Positions 29,693 to 40,121 of a stretch of 64,000 nt of DNA are shown here, piece by piece. Under the pieces are notes generated by a model. It did no database searches and was not told the DNA's origin. It saw nothing but the letters and a program-made list of their open reading frames with translations. Numbering within the stretch: the stretch's first letter is position 1; each line of letters opens with the position of its first letter. Source of the stretch: Candidatus Poribacteria bacterium (GTDB lineage Bacteria; Poribacteria; WGA-4E; WGA-3G); contig CAXXLX010000001.1 in the NCBI GenBank assembly GCA_963665235.2, positions 928,001-992,000 of the forward strand, in the 5' to 3' direction. The translations under genes were made by a program, and so were the position numbers.

Positions 29693-30608
29693 GGGTGTGT
29701 AAAGTTTTTGTACTATGATAGAGGGAAGGGTGGAAGCGTGAATTTCGGGTGTGTTGTCTGAATCGCGGATTTATCGGATTTCGCGGATTTTAAGATGCGT
29801 AGCAATAGAAGGTTTGTGATTATGAGCTAGTGTGTTGTGTATTCTATAAAGATACCGCCCCGCTGGGGCTAGTTTGTGTTGTGTTGTTGTGTATTCTATA
29901 AAGATACCGCCCCGCTGGGGCTAGCTTGTCTGGCCCTTGTGCTTCTATAAAGATACCGCCCCGCTGGGGCTAGTTTGTGTTGTGTTGTTGTGTATTCTAT
30001 AAAGATACCGCCCCGCTGGGGCTAGCTTGTCTGGCCCTTGTGCTTCTATAAAGATACCGCCCCGCTGGGGCTAGTTTGTGTTGTGTTGTTGTGTATTCTA
30101 TAAAGATACCGCCCCGCTGGGGCTAGCTTGTCTGGCCCTTGTGCTTCTATAAAGATACCGCCCCGCTGGGGCTAGTTTGTGTTGTGTTGTTGTGTATTCT
30201 ATAAAGATACCGCCCCGCTGGGGCTAGCTTGTCTGGCCCTTGTGCTTCTATAAAGATACCGCCCCGCTGGGGCTAGTTTGTGTTGTGTTGTTGTGTATTC
30301 TATAAAGATACCGCCCCGCTGGGGCTAGCTTGTCTGGCCCTTGTGCTTCTATAAAGATACCGCCCCGCTGGGGCTAGCTTGTCTGGCGTTCACATTAAAC
30401 ATGTTGCCCCGATACCCCTAGTCCCGTAGGGACGATATATTTATAGAAGTAGATGTTCCGACAACCGCTAGTCCCGTAGGGACGATATATTTATAGAAGT
30501 AGATGTTTCGCAACCGCTAGTCCCGTAGGGACGATATATTTATAGAGATTAGTGAAAACGGACATTTATTTTCAAACTCACGTTTAAGTACAAAAATTTT
30601 ACACACCC
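29693..30608. mobile_element. 916-bp non-autonomous element with 22-bp TIRs and 9-bp TSD (IS256-like)
   Basis: TIR GGGTGTGTAAA(G/A)TTTTTGTACT; TSD GCTGCGCGA at 29684-29692 and 30609-30617; no transposase ORF. Confidence 0.85.
29842..30546. repeat. REP-like array: 11 copies of a 31-bp unit with two alternating linkers, then 3 inverted homologous copies
   Basis: TTCTATAAAGATACCGCCCCGCTGGGGCTAG at 52/49-bp alternating spacing (29842-30377); CTAGTCCCGTAGGGACGATATATTTATAGA at 30418, 30468 and 30517. Confidence 0.9.
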
Positions 30609-30737
30609 GCTGCGCGAAAAAGACTTGACACGTTTTAAATAATACCTTATACTTACTATAAAAGTCAAGTAGTTTGTTAGGAATAGGCAGAGCCATTTAG
30701 TTTTACAGATTCACTGGACAGATGTGTATATGTCCTC

Positions 30738-30851
30738 TGTAGGAGCGTGCTTGGCACGCGATACATTATATCACATACGGACACAGACAAATCCCAGTAT
30801 TCAGGCAAGTAGGCCGCTCCTTCACATCGCGAGCACAGCTCGCTCCTACAT
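30738..30851. repeat. Inverted pair of GTAG-REP hairpins (REPIN-like)
   Basis: TGTAGGAGCGTGCTTGGCACGCGAT ... ATCGCGAGCACAGCTCGCTCCTACA; same family as the 45-bp tandem. Confidence 0.75.
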
Positions 30852-31050
30852 AAGAGGTTTGTTGAGCAACCGGCGAAAATATCGAGAACTAAATAACCCT
30901 GTAGGAATAGGATGCTGCGTGCGCCAGACAAAACCTTTTTTAACGGATATCGGCTTTCGGAACCATCAGCAGAAAGGGTGTTATTCGCGTCCCCTATCTA
31001 ATTGCTGACTGCTATTTCCTGCTAACAGCTATTATCATTGGAGAAAAAAA

Positions 31051-32094
31051 ATGACAACACCACTTACCGAATACTGTTTCTCTTTTGGGCCCTGGAATAT
31101 ACATGAGGGTGCAGACCCTTTTGGCCCGCCTGTTCGGGAGTCGTTCAGTTTTGATGAAAAGATTTCATTTTACCGTGACCTCGGTTTTATTGGGGTTCAA
31201 TTTCATGACGATGACGTTGTGCCGGACATTGACGATAAAACGCATGCCCAATTGATGGCACAGGCCCAAAAAGTTAAAACGCAGCTGGATAATCACGGTT
31301 TGACCCCCGAGGTCATCGCGCCCCGTTTGTGGGAATCACCGCTGACGATTGATGGTGCCTACACTGCAAATTCCGAAAAAGAACGACAGTACGCGCTGGA
31401 CCGTTCAAAACGGTGTATTGATATTGCGAATGTTCTCGGTTGTAAAAATCTTGTGCTATGGCTTGCGCGGGAGGGCACATATATCCGTGAATCGAAGTGT
31501 GCTTCGGGTGCAGTCGGGCAGATTCTGGATGCGATTAATGTGTTATTAGCGTACGATGCGGACATTCGGATTTTAATTGAACCGAAACCGAATGAACCGA
31601 TGGATATGGCTTACATCCCAACAATTGGACACGCTATCGGTTTGGCTTACGCAAGTGATGACCCTGAACGTGTCGGGGGTCTCATAGAAACCGCCCACGC
31701 GATTCTGGCAGGATTAGAGCCATCTGATGAAATGGCGTACGCCTTATATCACAAGAAACTCTGGAGTGTGCATCTCAACGACCAGAACGGTCTTAAATTT
31801 GACCAAGACAAAGCGTTCGGCTCTGCCAACCTGCGCCGCGCCTTTAATCAGGTGCGAGTCCTTGAAGAGAATGGCTACGGCAGGAACGGCGAATTCATCG
31901 GATTGGATGTGAAGGTGATGCGAACGCAACCACGCGATATTTCAACCAAACACCTATTGAGCAGTCGCGAAACCTTCCTTAACCTACTTGAGAAGGTGCG
32001 GACGCTCGACAAAAAGGTAGAACAACAATTTATTGAATCACGGGATTACGAAGGTTTGGATTTCTACATACTTCAACATCTCCTTGGCTCATAA
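31051..32094 (+). CDS. Xylose isomerase-like protein
   Basis: FHDDD, LW.AREG, IEPKPNEP, ETAH and LNDQ...FDQD motifs. Confidence 0.85.
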   Translation: MTTPLTEYCFSFGPWNIHEGADPFGPPVRESFSFDEKISFYRDLGFIGVQFHDDDVVPDIDDKTHAQLMAQAQKVKTQLDNHGLTPEVIAPRLWESPLTIDGAYTANSEKERQYALDRSKRCIDIANVLGCKNLVLWLAREGTYIRESKCASGAVGQILDAINVLLAYDADIRILIEPKPNEPMDMAYIPTIGHAIGLAYASDDPERVGGLIETAHAILAGLEPSDEMAYALYHKKLWSVHLNDQNGLKFDQDKAFGSANLRRAFNQVRVLEENGYGRNGEFIGLDVKVMRTQPRDISTKHLLSSRETFLNLLEKVRTLDKKVEQQFIESRDYEGLDFYILQHLLGS

Positions 32095-32134
32095 CAATAG
32101 AATGCAGCAACGGCCACAGAGGAAAAGAACACAC

Positions 32135-32788
32135 ATGACACTGGATAAAACCCCTCTACACCCGGAGGACGGGCCATGTTATCGGTCTATTATGCTTGTA
32201 GGCCCTCCCGGGGCAGGCAAAGGAACACAAGGAAAACTGCTCTCACAGATTCCCGGCATTGTTCACATCTCCAGCGGGGATATGTTCCGCCAACTCGATA
32301 AAAATTCTGAATTGGGACAGCTTTTTCAGCAATTCGACAAGCACGGTGACTTAGTGCCTGATCAGGTCACAATTAAAATATGGTATCAATACGTTGAAAC
32401 CAAAGTAGCGGAAAAGGTCTATAATCCTGAAAACGACCTGCTTGTACTGGATGGCATCCCTCGCGACATAGAGCAAGCAGAGTTGATAGCCCCTTATATT
32501 GATGTCCTTAAAATCATCTATATGGTTTGTGAAGACCGCGAGGTGATGTTCGAGCGGATTCGCGGGCGAGCCCTCAAGGAGTATCGGCAGGATGACACCG
32601 ATGAAGCCATCGTCCGGCACCGCTGGGACATTTACAAGGAAAAAACCGAACCGCTCATTGACTACTATCCACAAGAACTGATTAGAATCGTTGACGCTGA
32701 TAAGATTCCCGCAGAAGTGCTTTACAATATCTTAGACGCAGTTGTTCCTATTCAAAGGCAACATTTCTCGCCCGCGTTTTTGTTGTAA
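32135..32788 (+). CDS. adk: Adenylate kinase (short-LID type)
   Basis: GPPGAGKGTQ, SSGDMFR, LVPD, LDGIPR and RQDD motifs. Confidence 0.85.
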   Translation: MTLDKTPLHPEDGPCYRSIMLVGPPGAGKGTQGKLLSQIPGIVHISSGDMFRQLDKNSELGQLFQQFDKHGDLVPDQVTIKIWYQYVETKVAEKVYNPENDLLVLDGIPRDIEQAELIAPYIDVLKIIYMVCEDREVMFERIRGRALKEYRQDDTDEAIVRHRWDIYKEKTEPLIDYYPQELIRIVDADKIPAEVLYNILDAVVPIQRQHFSPAFLL

Positions 32789-32839
32789 CCCACCCCCCTC
32801 TATTCCCATAACGATAGCACTCGCTGTCCGGTCAGGTAT

Positions 32840-34441
32840 TTAATCGCGGCGACGATAGAGATGAATTTCGGGATGGACAAGGGCACGCATCGGAAACGGT
32901 GCCCCCCTATCGGCTATACGAATGCCTAAAAAGTAGGGGGTGCGGCGAAACGTGCGATGCAATTCATAACGGCTCTCTGCCCCCAAAATTCGTTCGTAAA
33001 ACGCTAGCGTTCCCGTTACGTCAATGTCCTGAAGCGGGTACCAATCCTGTTTTTGATACCTTTGGGGATGCTGGGCATATTTTTGAAACACCTCACTGTC
33101 GGGTACCAGAATCAGTGCCCATTCTGCTGGTTCATCTGTTAGGTCACGGTGTAATTCTGGGAGAAGCCAGTTGAATAAAATCTCCGGTGCGCCAGAAATA
33201 GCTGCCTGTTCCGGTATATTCTCGGCTATCCACTCGGCAGCCTCCTGTCTTGTCGGTTGGGTCAACAAAACGGATGCATGAGCTGCAGTGTAAACAAAGG
33301 CGTAAAGTGCGACAGTTGCCCCGATGACAATAGCAATCCGCTTATCAAACGTGTTTAGCGTTGCCGCAGCGAGAATAGTGAGGGCAGGGTAAAGAATCAA
33401 CAGATGCCGCGTAAACGTAACCTTATACGCGCCAATAAACAGCAGATACGGAATAATGAAAGCGAGTATGAGTAAACCCATCCGTGTTTTTTCATCTGTT
33501 ATAGTCGAAGATTTTCTGAGAGCTAGCCCCGATTTGATCAGTGTCCAGATTACACCGAAACTAACTAGCAGTGCAAGCGGTCCCCCCATTCCCCACTTGA
33601 GAAGTGTCCAGAGATAGCTAAACCGCTGTGCCCACCCGGTATCAGCAGAGGCAAATAACCCGAAATGCCCGCGATGGTAGTGCAGCGTTTCATACCAAAA
33701 ATCCTCAAAGAAATGGTTCCACGCTGGAGATACGACATCGATGAGCCAATAAGGACAGACCAGCGTAAAGGTTAAGACAGAAACAGCGATAACTGTTGCA
33801 AGTCGTCTATAAAAATTTTGTGTGCCAATAAAACAGAGAAGAGATAGACAGACGAAAACCGTTGGAAACTTGACTGCAAAAGCGATGCCGGCTACAATGC
33901 CGAGCCAGATAGCGGTTTTGAAGGTGAGGCGTGTCTCTCTCGCGGTTATGTAGAGAAACAGTGTGACGCAGAAGGTAGCAGGAATATCGACGAGTGCAAA
34001 ACGCGATTCGTTGGTGGCGTGTAGCATGGCAACCGCAAGAAGACCGGCGGCAATCTGCCCAACCCGCTTGTTATAACAACGCACGCCGAGGCGGTAGGTA
34101 AACCATAGCGTCGCTACAGAAAACAGGACATTGATAAACCGCGCCAGCCAAATCACGCGAGCCGCTGTTATATCGGCCCCCACGAGGGCAAACCCTTTAC
34201 CTATCAACGCAATGAGATAAAAGTAGGCTGTTCCCGGCCAGTTATAAATATCGGGCGGGGCAGTGAAATGGATGAGATTCAACACATTTTCAGCAATCAG
34301 CACCTCGCGCGGCTCAGGTGAATCGGGTAAACCAACCCCTATCCCCACAAGACGTAGCCCTAAGCCGATAACTATAATAGCAGGCATCACAAAGATATCA
34401 GGTGTGTAGGCGCGGGTTTTAGAGGTGATTGGTGATTTCAT
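32840..34441 (-). CDS. GT-C fold glycosyltransferase (PMT/GT39/ArnT-like)
   Basis: Multiple TM helices; PEPRE luminal motif; SRFALVD and AVKFP motifs. Confidence 0.75.
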   Translation of the reverse strand: MKSPITSKTRAYTPDIFVMPAIIVIGLGLRLVGIGVGLPDSPEPREVLIAENVLNLIHFTAPPDIYNWPGTAYFYLIALIGKGFALVGADITAARVIWLARFINVLFSVATLWFTYRLGVRCYNKRVGQIAAGLLAVAMLHATNESRFALVDIPATFCVTLFLYITARETRLTFKTAIWLGIVAGIAFAVKFPTVFVCLSLLCFIGTQNFYRRLATVIAVSVLTFTLVCPYWLIDVVSPAWNHFFEDFWYETLHYHRGHFGLFASADTGWAQRFSYLWTLLKWGMGGPLALLVSFGVIWTLIKSGLALRKSSTITDEKTRMGLLILAFIIPYLLFIGAYKVTFTRHLLILYPALTILAAATLNTFDKRIAIVIGATVALYAFVYTAAHASVLLTQPTRQEAAEWIAENIPEQAAISGAPEILFNWLLPELHRDLTDEPAEWALILVPDSEVFQKYAQHPQRYQKQDWYPLQDIDVTGTLAFYERILGAESRYELHRTFRRTPYFLGIRIADRGAPFPMRALVHPEIHLYRRRD

Positions 34442-34442
34442 C

Positions 34443-34781
34443 TAATACCATTTCTAATTGAAAATGTCTCTTTCCAGTTTGTGTTCTTTCTTGTAGCATA
34501 AACTTCCAGTTTGTTCTTTCTTGCATAAACTTCCAGTTTGTTCTTTCTTGTAGCATAAACTCCCATAAACTTCCAGTTTGTTCTTTCTTGCATAAACTTC
34601 CAGTTTGTGTTCTTTCTTGTAGCATAAACTTAGCATAAACTTCCAGTTTGTTCTTTCTTGTAGCATAAAACTTTTCCAGTTTGTGTTCTTTCTTGTAGCA
34701 TAAACTTCCAGTTTGGGTCTTCCGTTCTCTGTTCATTTCTAACAACCGGTAATGATAGAATAAGTAATAAAAATGGTATAA
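34443..34781. mobile_element. Inverted copy of the TACCATTT MITE with degenerate REP tandem
   Basis: Homologous to 614-895; flanked by TAA on both sides; sits between the GNAT stop and the GT start. Confidence 0.82.
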
Positions 34782-35378
34782 CTAGTGTGAGACCTTATCC
34801 CACAATTCGGCGGGGAGCGTTTGTCGGAGCTGTGTTATCTCTTCTGTCATGGGTGGGAGCTCCAATTTTTCAAAAATGTCTTGCCACCGTCTCGGCTGCG
34901 AACGTTCAACGTAGATAGGGATAAACCCTAGATTCAGATAGGTTTTAATGGCGGGGAGGCGAAAATCGTCGGTGTCAAGCATAGCACACTTGAATCGGCA
35001 GTCACGAAAATAGTACAGCACCGCAAGCGACACCCATTTTCCGAGCTTATGTCCCGTATGTTCAGCAACAACGCCTACCATGTGCACATAACCAACCTCT
35101 GTTTCATCGGGAGATTGTCGCCAGGCGCAGGCAGTGCCGACTGGAATACCTTGATGTGTTGCGAAATAGAGTCCATCGGGGATAAATACATCGCGCCCCG
35201 TAATTTCAGCCTGCGTGTCTTGCACGGTGCGCTGCCGTCCTCCGAACGAATCGCTAATGATGTTTGCCCAGTGTATCTCATCCCCCTCCCGGTAGGTGCG
35301 TATACTGTAGCCGGGGGGGAGCTCTAATTTCGGTAAGCGTTTTAAGTTAGGGCGCACCATTCTGAGCTGTCGTGCCAT
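34782..35378 (-). CDS. GNAT family N-acetyltransferase
   Basis: VGVVAEHTGHKLG acetyl-CoA motif; AIKTYLNLGF. Confidence 0.85.
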   Translation of the reverse strand: MARQLRMVRPNLKRLPKLELPPGYSIRTYREGDEIHWANIISDSFGGRQRTVQDTQAEITGRDVFIPDGLYFATHQGIPVGTACAWRQSPDETEVGYVHMVGVVAEHTGHKLGKWVSLAVLYYFRDCRFKCAMLDTDDFRLPAIKTYLNLGFIPIYVERSQPRRWQDIFEKLELPPMTEEITQLRQTLPAELWDKVSH

Positions 35379-35393
35379 CCGTTTTCTCCGTAC

Positions 35394-35545
35394 ACGTGAG
35401 CTTGATAATAAATATCCGTTTTCTCTAAACCTTTTTCATCGCGAAAAAAGCGGTATAATTGTAGCATAAACTTCCTAGTTTGTGCTGTTTTTTGCTAAAA
35501 CTACCACAGAACGCTCTAGGTCAAAACTTTTTTTCAAACTCGCGT
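35394..35545. mobile_element. 152-bp MITE with ACGTGAG...CTCGCGT termini and 7-bp TSD
   Basis: TSD TCCGTAC at 35387-35393 and 35546-35552; related termini at ~28323, ~30583 and ~57850. Confidence 0.78.
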
Positions 35546-35715
35546 TCCGTACTGCTAATTTACGAATTGTGCCAATTATACCACATCTTTAAAATTCGTG
35601 CAAAAACGTTTTACAATATTTTTCAAACATGCTATAATTTTTTAAAGTGGTCTTCAGTCTTCAGTGTTTTCGGACTGACAACTGATAATTATTCTCGATT
35701 GAAAGGTGAAAAGAG

Positions 35716-36228
35716 GTGGTCAAAAACGTGTCCAATATTGTGCTTGTCGGTTTTATGGGAACAGGGAAAACCTCTGTTGGTGAACAGCTTTCCTCGCGCC
35801 TCGGGATGCATTATGTTGATACGGACGATGTTGTCGAACAGATGAGCGGTCGTAGCATTTCTGATATTTTTGCCGAAGACGGTGAACCCGCCTTTCGCCA
35901 GCTCGAGAGTGAGGCTGTTCAGAAAGTGTCAAAACTCAACAACCATGTTATCTCCACAGGCGGGGGGGTTGTCTTGAAAAAGTCTAACATCGTAACTCTG
36001 AAGCAGACCGGTACTGTTTTCTGTTTAACGGCAACGGCAGAGGAAATCTATCGGCGTGTTGGTCATGAAACGCACCGTCCACTGCTCCAAACACCCGATG
36101 CGTTAGCGAAGATACGGACGATGTTGACAGAACGCGCCCCCTATTACGCAGAAGCAGATTATATGGTCGAAACGACTGGCCGTTCGTTTGAAGAGATTAT
36201 CGCGCATATCAGAGAAATATTGGACTAG
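35716..36228 (+). CDS. aroK: Shikimate kinase
   Basis: GFMGTGKT, FRQLES, STGGG and RPLL motifs. Confidence 0.95.
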   Translation: MVKNVSNIVLVGFMGTGKTSVGEQLSSRLGMHYVDTDDVVEQMSGRSISDIFAEDGEPAFRQLESEAVQKVSKLNNHVISTGGGVVLKKSNIVTLKQTGTVFCLTATAEEIYRRVGHETHRPLLQTPDALAKIRTMLTERAPYYAEADYMVETTGRSFEEIIAHIREILD

Positions 36229-36266
36229 GCACGGTCTGCCGTGTCGTAACTTGCTGTGAAGGCAAC

Positions 36267-37355
36267 ATGTTGAAAACCTTACGCGTCGAACTCGGCGCAA
36301 ACAGTTATCCGCTCCACATCGGAGCGGCGATTCTTAACCGTACGGGGGAGCTGCTTAAACCGCACGCGACATCCGCGAAAGTGCTTATTGTTACCGACAC
36401 TTTCGTTAATCAACAGTATACCCCCGTTGTCCAGCAAAGTTTAACCGCTGCGGGGTTTGATGTAAACACAGTTGAGGTGCCTGTCGGTGAAGCGAGCAAA
36501 TCGTTAGCGCAGTTCGCTCGGATACAGGATAGTTTGGTAACACATCAACTTGATAGAGGCTCAACGCTCATCGCTCTCGGTGGGGGTGTTGTCGGCGATT
36601 TAGGCGGGTTTGCGGCTGCGGTGTATATGCGCGGCATCGCTTATGTGCAAATCCCGACCACACTACAAGCTCAAGTAGATGCCAGTGTCGGCGGGAAAAC
36701 GGCAATTAACCACCCGAAAGGCAAAAACCTTATCGGAGCATTCCATCAACCGAAGTTAGTCCTAATTGATGTCAACACGTTAGAGACTTTACCGCAACGC
36801 GACATCCGTGCAGGACTCATTGAAGTCATTAAGATGGGGGTTATCCGCGATGAACCGCTGTTTGCAATGGTAGAAGAAAACCTACACGCTATATTGCATT
36901 TGGATGCGGGGACGCTAATTGAGATGATTGACCGCGCATGTGCTAACAAAGCGGACATCGTAGCGAAAGATGAAAAGGAGAGTGGGCTCCGGATGGTGCT
37001 TAACTATGGGCATACGTTCGGGCATGCATTAGAGGCACTAACACATTACAACACATACCGACACGGTGAAGCCGTTTCTATCGGCATGAATTGCGCCGCA
37101 CGATTAGCAGCCAATTTGGGGATGCTCTCCGAAACCGACTTTGAACGGCAACGCACCCTCTTAAAGCAAGCAAATCTGCCACTTACTTTTCCACCGGACG
37201 TTGCACCGGAAACGTTATGTGACGCTATGTACTTGGACAAAAAGACGTTGGGTGGCAAACTTCGCCTTATATTGCCAAAACGGATTGGCGAAGTCGTTAT
37301 CCGAGACGATGTGTCGGACACACAGATTGTCCAAGCAATTTCACAATGTCATTAG
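36267..37355 (+). CDS. aroB: 3-dehydroquinate synthase
   Basis: GGGVVGD, PTTL.AQVDASVGGKT, LNYGHTFGH and HGEAV motifs. Confidence 0.96.
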   Translation: MLKTLRVELGANSYPLHIGAAILNRTGELLKPHATSAKVLIVTDTFVNQQYTPVVQQSLTAAGFDVNTVEVPVGEASKSLAQFARIQDSLVTHQLDRGSTLIALGGGVVGDLGGFAAAVYMRGIAYVQIPTTLQAQVDASVGGKTAINHPKGKNLIGAFHQPKLVLIDVNTLETLPQRDIRAGLIEVIKMGVIRDEPLFAMVEENLHAILHLDAGTLIEMIDRACANKADIVAKDEKESGLRMVLNYGHTFGHALEALTHYNTYRHGEAVSIGMNCAARLAANLGMLSETDFERQRTLLKQANLPLTFPPDVAPETLCDAMYLDKKTLGGKLRLILPKRIGEVVIRDDVSDTQIVQAISQCH

Positions 37356-37388
37356 TTTATCAAATCCAACTCTTTTAATAGGAAATTT

Positions 37389-38621
37389 ATGACTTACAAC
37401 AAAGTACTATTATGGATGGTCGCTTGTTCAGTTTTATTATTATGCGGCAACTTTGCATTCAGTCAAGAACCTGCGCTTCCACCACAAGAACCTGTGCCTG
37501 AAGCTCCGTTACAGGAGCCCGTGCCACAAGAACCTGCCCCGCCATCACAAGAACTTACACCTCCATCAAACGTGGTTGCAAAAGACACCCCAAACGATGA
37601 TGGCTCAAGCATCACTATCACATGGGATGCTGCCGAAGATAGCACAGTCGTTGGGTACAAAATCTTGCGTAACACTGATTCGGGTGAGTTCGAAGAAATT
37701 GGCCAACAGTTAGAGGCAGGTACGACAGAATATAAAGATACCGAGATAGAAAAAGGTAAAACACATGCCTATATTGTACGTGCCATTACCAACACTGAGG
37801 CGACAGTGGAGTCACAACCGACAGAGTCAGTCCAAGCGAGGGGACAATGGTTTCACAGTGGTAAAATCCAACTTTTTATTGCCATGCTTGTCTTTTCCGC
37901 TGCGATCCTTGGAAGTATATCTCTTTCACGTAATAGTAAAGAGGTATTCGTTCGGCGTATTCCCGGTCTCGAAGCAGTAGATGAGGCAATCGGCAGAGCT
38001 ACCGAGATGGGACGCTCAATCTTATACGTGCTTGGATTAGGCGGTGTCAGTGGTCCCGCCACTATTGCAAGTATGACGATACTTGGGCAGGTCGCACGTC
38101 GAACAGCAGACTATGAAACAACCTTACGCGTGCCTTGTAATGATCCGATTGTGCTGAACGTCGTGCGTGAAATGGTAAAAGCCTCATATCTTGATGAAGG
38201 CCGTCCCGATGCCTATAGTGAGGAGGATATCTTCTTCCTTACAGATAGCCAGTTTGCTTATGCTGCAGGCGTTGACGGGATGATGCTACGCGAAAAACCT
38301 GCTGCCATCTTTTTGCAAGGGACATTCTACGCAGAATCACTTATCCTTGCTGAAACAGGTAATTCTATCGGCGCGATTCAGATTGCTGGCACAGATTCTG
38401 AACACCAACTCCCGTTCTTAATCACAGCATGTGATTATACATTGATTGGTGAGGAGCTCTATGCCGCCAGTGCATATCTTTCCAAAGAACCGATGCTACT
38501 CGGAAGCCTTAGAGGACAAGATTGGGGGAAGCTACTCATTTTTGCAACTATCGTTCTCGGCGTATTCCTCGAGCTGTTCGGAGTCAACTGGATTACAACC
38601 CTTTTACAGCGGGTGAGTTAG
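37389..38621 (+). CDS. FN3-domain membrane protein (DUF6754-like C-terminal domain)
   Basis: Signal peptide, Pro-rich linker, FN3, TM helix, then RRIPGLEAVDEAIGRATEMG and DYTLIGEELYAASAYL. Confidence 0.75.
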   Translation: MTYNKVLLWMVACSVLLLCGNFAFSQEPALPPQEPVPEAPLQEPVPQEPAPPSQELTPPSNVVAKDTPNDDGSSITITWDAAEDSTVVGYKILRNTDSGEFEEIGQQLEAGTTEYKDTEIEKGKTHAYIVRAITNTEATVESQPTESVQARGQWFHSGKIQLFIAMLVFSAAILGSISLSRNSKEVFVRRIPGLEAVDEAIGRATEMGRSILYVLGLGGVSGPATIASMTILGQVARRTADYETTLRVPCNDPIVLNVVREMVKASYLDEGRPDAYSEEDIFFLTDSQFAYAAGVDGMMLREKPAAIFLQGTFYAESLILAETGNSIGAIQIAGTDSEHQLPFLITACDYTLIGEELYAASAYLSKEPMLLGSLRGQDWGKLLIFATIVLGVFLELFGVNWITTLLQRVS

Positions 38622-38629
38622 GAGGTCCC

Positions 38630-39298
38630 ATGAAGAGACAAATTCCATTAATACTCTGTTTTCTATTCGGGATCATAATGATCTTAACTCAGTTTAGTCC
38701 ACATTCGTCTTCTCAAGGTGTATATGAAGAGATTATGAATTGGGCACGTATTATAACCCCCTTCGCGTTAGTGTTCAGTACAATAACCCTTATCCAAACA
38801 CATGTCACGCGTATACGCCGCAGGACCGATCATTGGCAATACAGTTTCTTGGTTTTTCTGGGTATTGCTATTATGGTAGCGGTTGGAATTCCTTTCGGAC
38901 CGCAACACCCTGTCTTTGAATGGTTATTTAACAATGTGCAACTGCCAATGGATGCGACAATGTTTTCACTACTCGCTTTCTTTATCGCGTCAGCGGCATA
39001 CCGCGCATTCCGCGCACGAAATACTGAAGCATCATTACTCCTAATTACTGCGGTTATTGTTATGTTAGGCAACGTACCCGTGGGCGATCTGATTTGGAAT
39101 AAATTAATCGCTTTGACACCGTGGGCGGGGGTAGAAAGCTTGACTGATGGTTCCTCAGGTCTGAAACAGTGGATTTTAGACAATCCGAACCTCTCAGCCA
39201 GACGTGGAATTATCCTCGGCGTGAGTTTAGGTGTAATTTCACAATCCATCCGCATTATATTGGGCATCGAACGTTCATATCTTGGGGGAGGAGATTAA
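38630..39298 (+). CDS. Uncharacterised multi-pass membrane protein
   Basis: GGAGG RBS; TMFSLLAFFIASAAYRAFRAR; ILGIER. Confidence 0.8.
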   Translation: MKRQIPLILCFLFGIIMILTQFSPHSSSQGVYEEIMNWARIITPFALVFSTITLIQTHVTRIRRRTDHWQYSFLVFLGIAIMVAVGIPFGPQHPVFEWLFNNVQLPMDATMFSLLAFFIASAAYRAFRARNTEASLLLITAVIVMLGNVPVGDLIWNKLIALTPWAGVESLTDGSSGLKQWILDNPNLSARRGIILGVSLGVISQSIRIILGIERSYLGGGD

Positions 39299-39301
39299 CA
39301 C

Positions 39302-40117
39302 ATGCTAACAAAATTGGTAAATATGGATCGGCGAATCGTCTTCATTTTGGTTGCATTGGCAGTCATCATCCCCATGTTGTTACCTGTCAGTTTACCAGTG
39401 TCTATTTCTGAACCGACCCAGAATCTCTACGACTATATTGATAAACTCCCTGAAGGAGCAGCGATTATGCTCGTTTTTGACTACGGGCCCTCCTCTTTAG
39501 CGGAGCTGAACCCTATGGCGAAGGCTATATTGAAACAGTGCTTCGACAAAGATATTAAAGTCATCGGACTTACACTTTATGCCGTGGGAACAACTATGGG
39601 AAGTAATCTGATGCAGGAGGTCGCAAAAGAAAAAGGTGCTGTCAACGGTGAAGATTATGTCTTCCTCGGATTTCGGCCCGGTGCTGAACTAGTGATTCTC
39701 GGCATGGGCACTGACATCGCGAGTATCTTTGAAAAGGATTTTTACGAAACCCCAACTACCGACTTACCGATGATGAAAAACATTACCAACTATGATCAAA
39801 TTGAATTAGTTGTCGATTTATCTTCTGGCAGTTTGACAGAGTACTGGATTACCTATGCAAATGTGCAATATAATCAGAAAATCGCCGCGGGAGTTACAGG
39901 TGTCATAATCTCACAGATGTACCCCTATTTACAAACGGGACAATTAATAGGATTGATATCGGGTATTGCGGGTGCTGCCGAATATGAACGTTTAATAAAT
40001 GCCCCCGCAAAAGGGCTGTTGTGGATAAATGTTGAATCGTTTGTACACCTGCTGATTGTCCTGTTGGTAATCATTGGCAACATCGCCTTCTTTGTTCGGA
40101 GAAAGCAAGAGGAGTAA
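39302..40117 (+). CDS. Uncharacterised membrane protein with a periplasmic alpha/beta domain
   Basis: N- and C-terminal TM helices; DYVFLGF; PYLQTGQL..GAAEYE. Confidence 0.8.
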   Translation: MLTKLVNMDRRIVFILVALAVIIPMLLPVSLPVSISEPTQNLYDYIDKLPEGAAIMLVFDYGPSSLAELNPMAKAILKQCFDKDIKVIGLTLYAVGTTMGSNLMQEVAKEKGAVNGEDYVFLGFRPGAELVILGMGTDIASIFEKDFYETPTTDLPMMKNITNYDQIELVVDLSSGSLTEYWITYANVQYNQKIAAGVTGVIISQMYPYLQTGQLIGLISGIAGAAEYERLINAPAKGLLWINVESFVHLLIVLLVIIGNIAFFVRRKQEE

Positions 40118-40121
40118 ATTA

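Noticed and set aside
29842-30377. CRISPR array
   Set aside because: Only two short alternating linkers; no cas genes; it lies inside a TIR/TSD element.
34419-34745. Short repetitive ORFs (MLQERTNWKF)
   Set aside because: Translations of the REP tandem inside the MITE.
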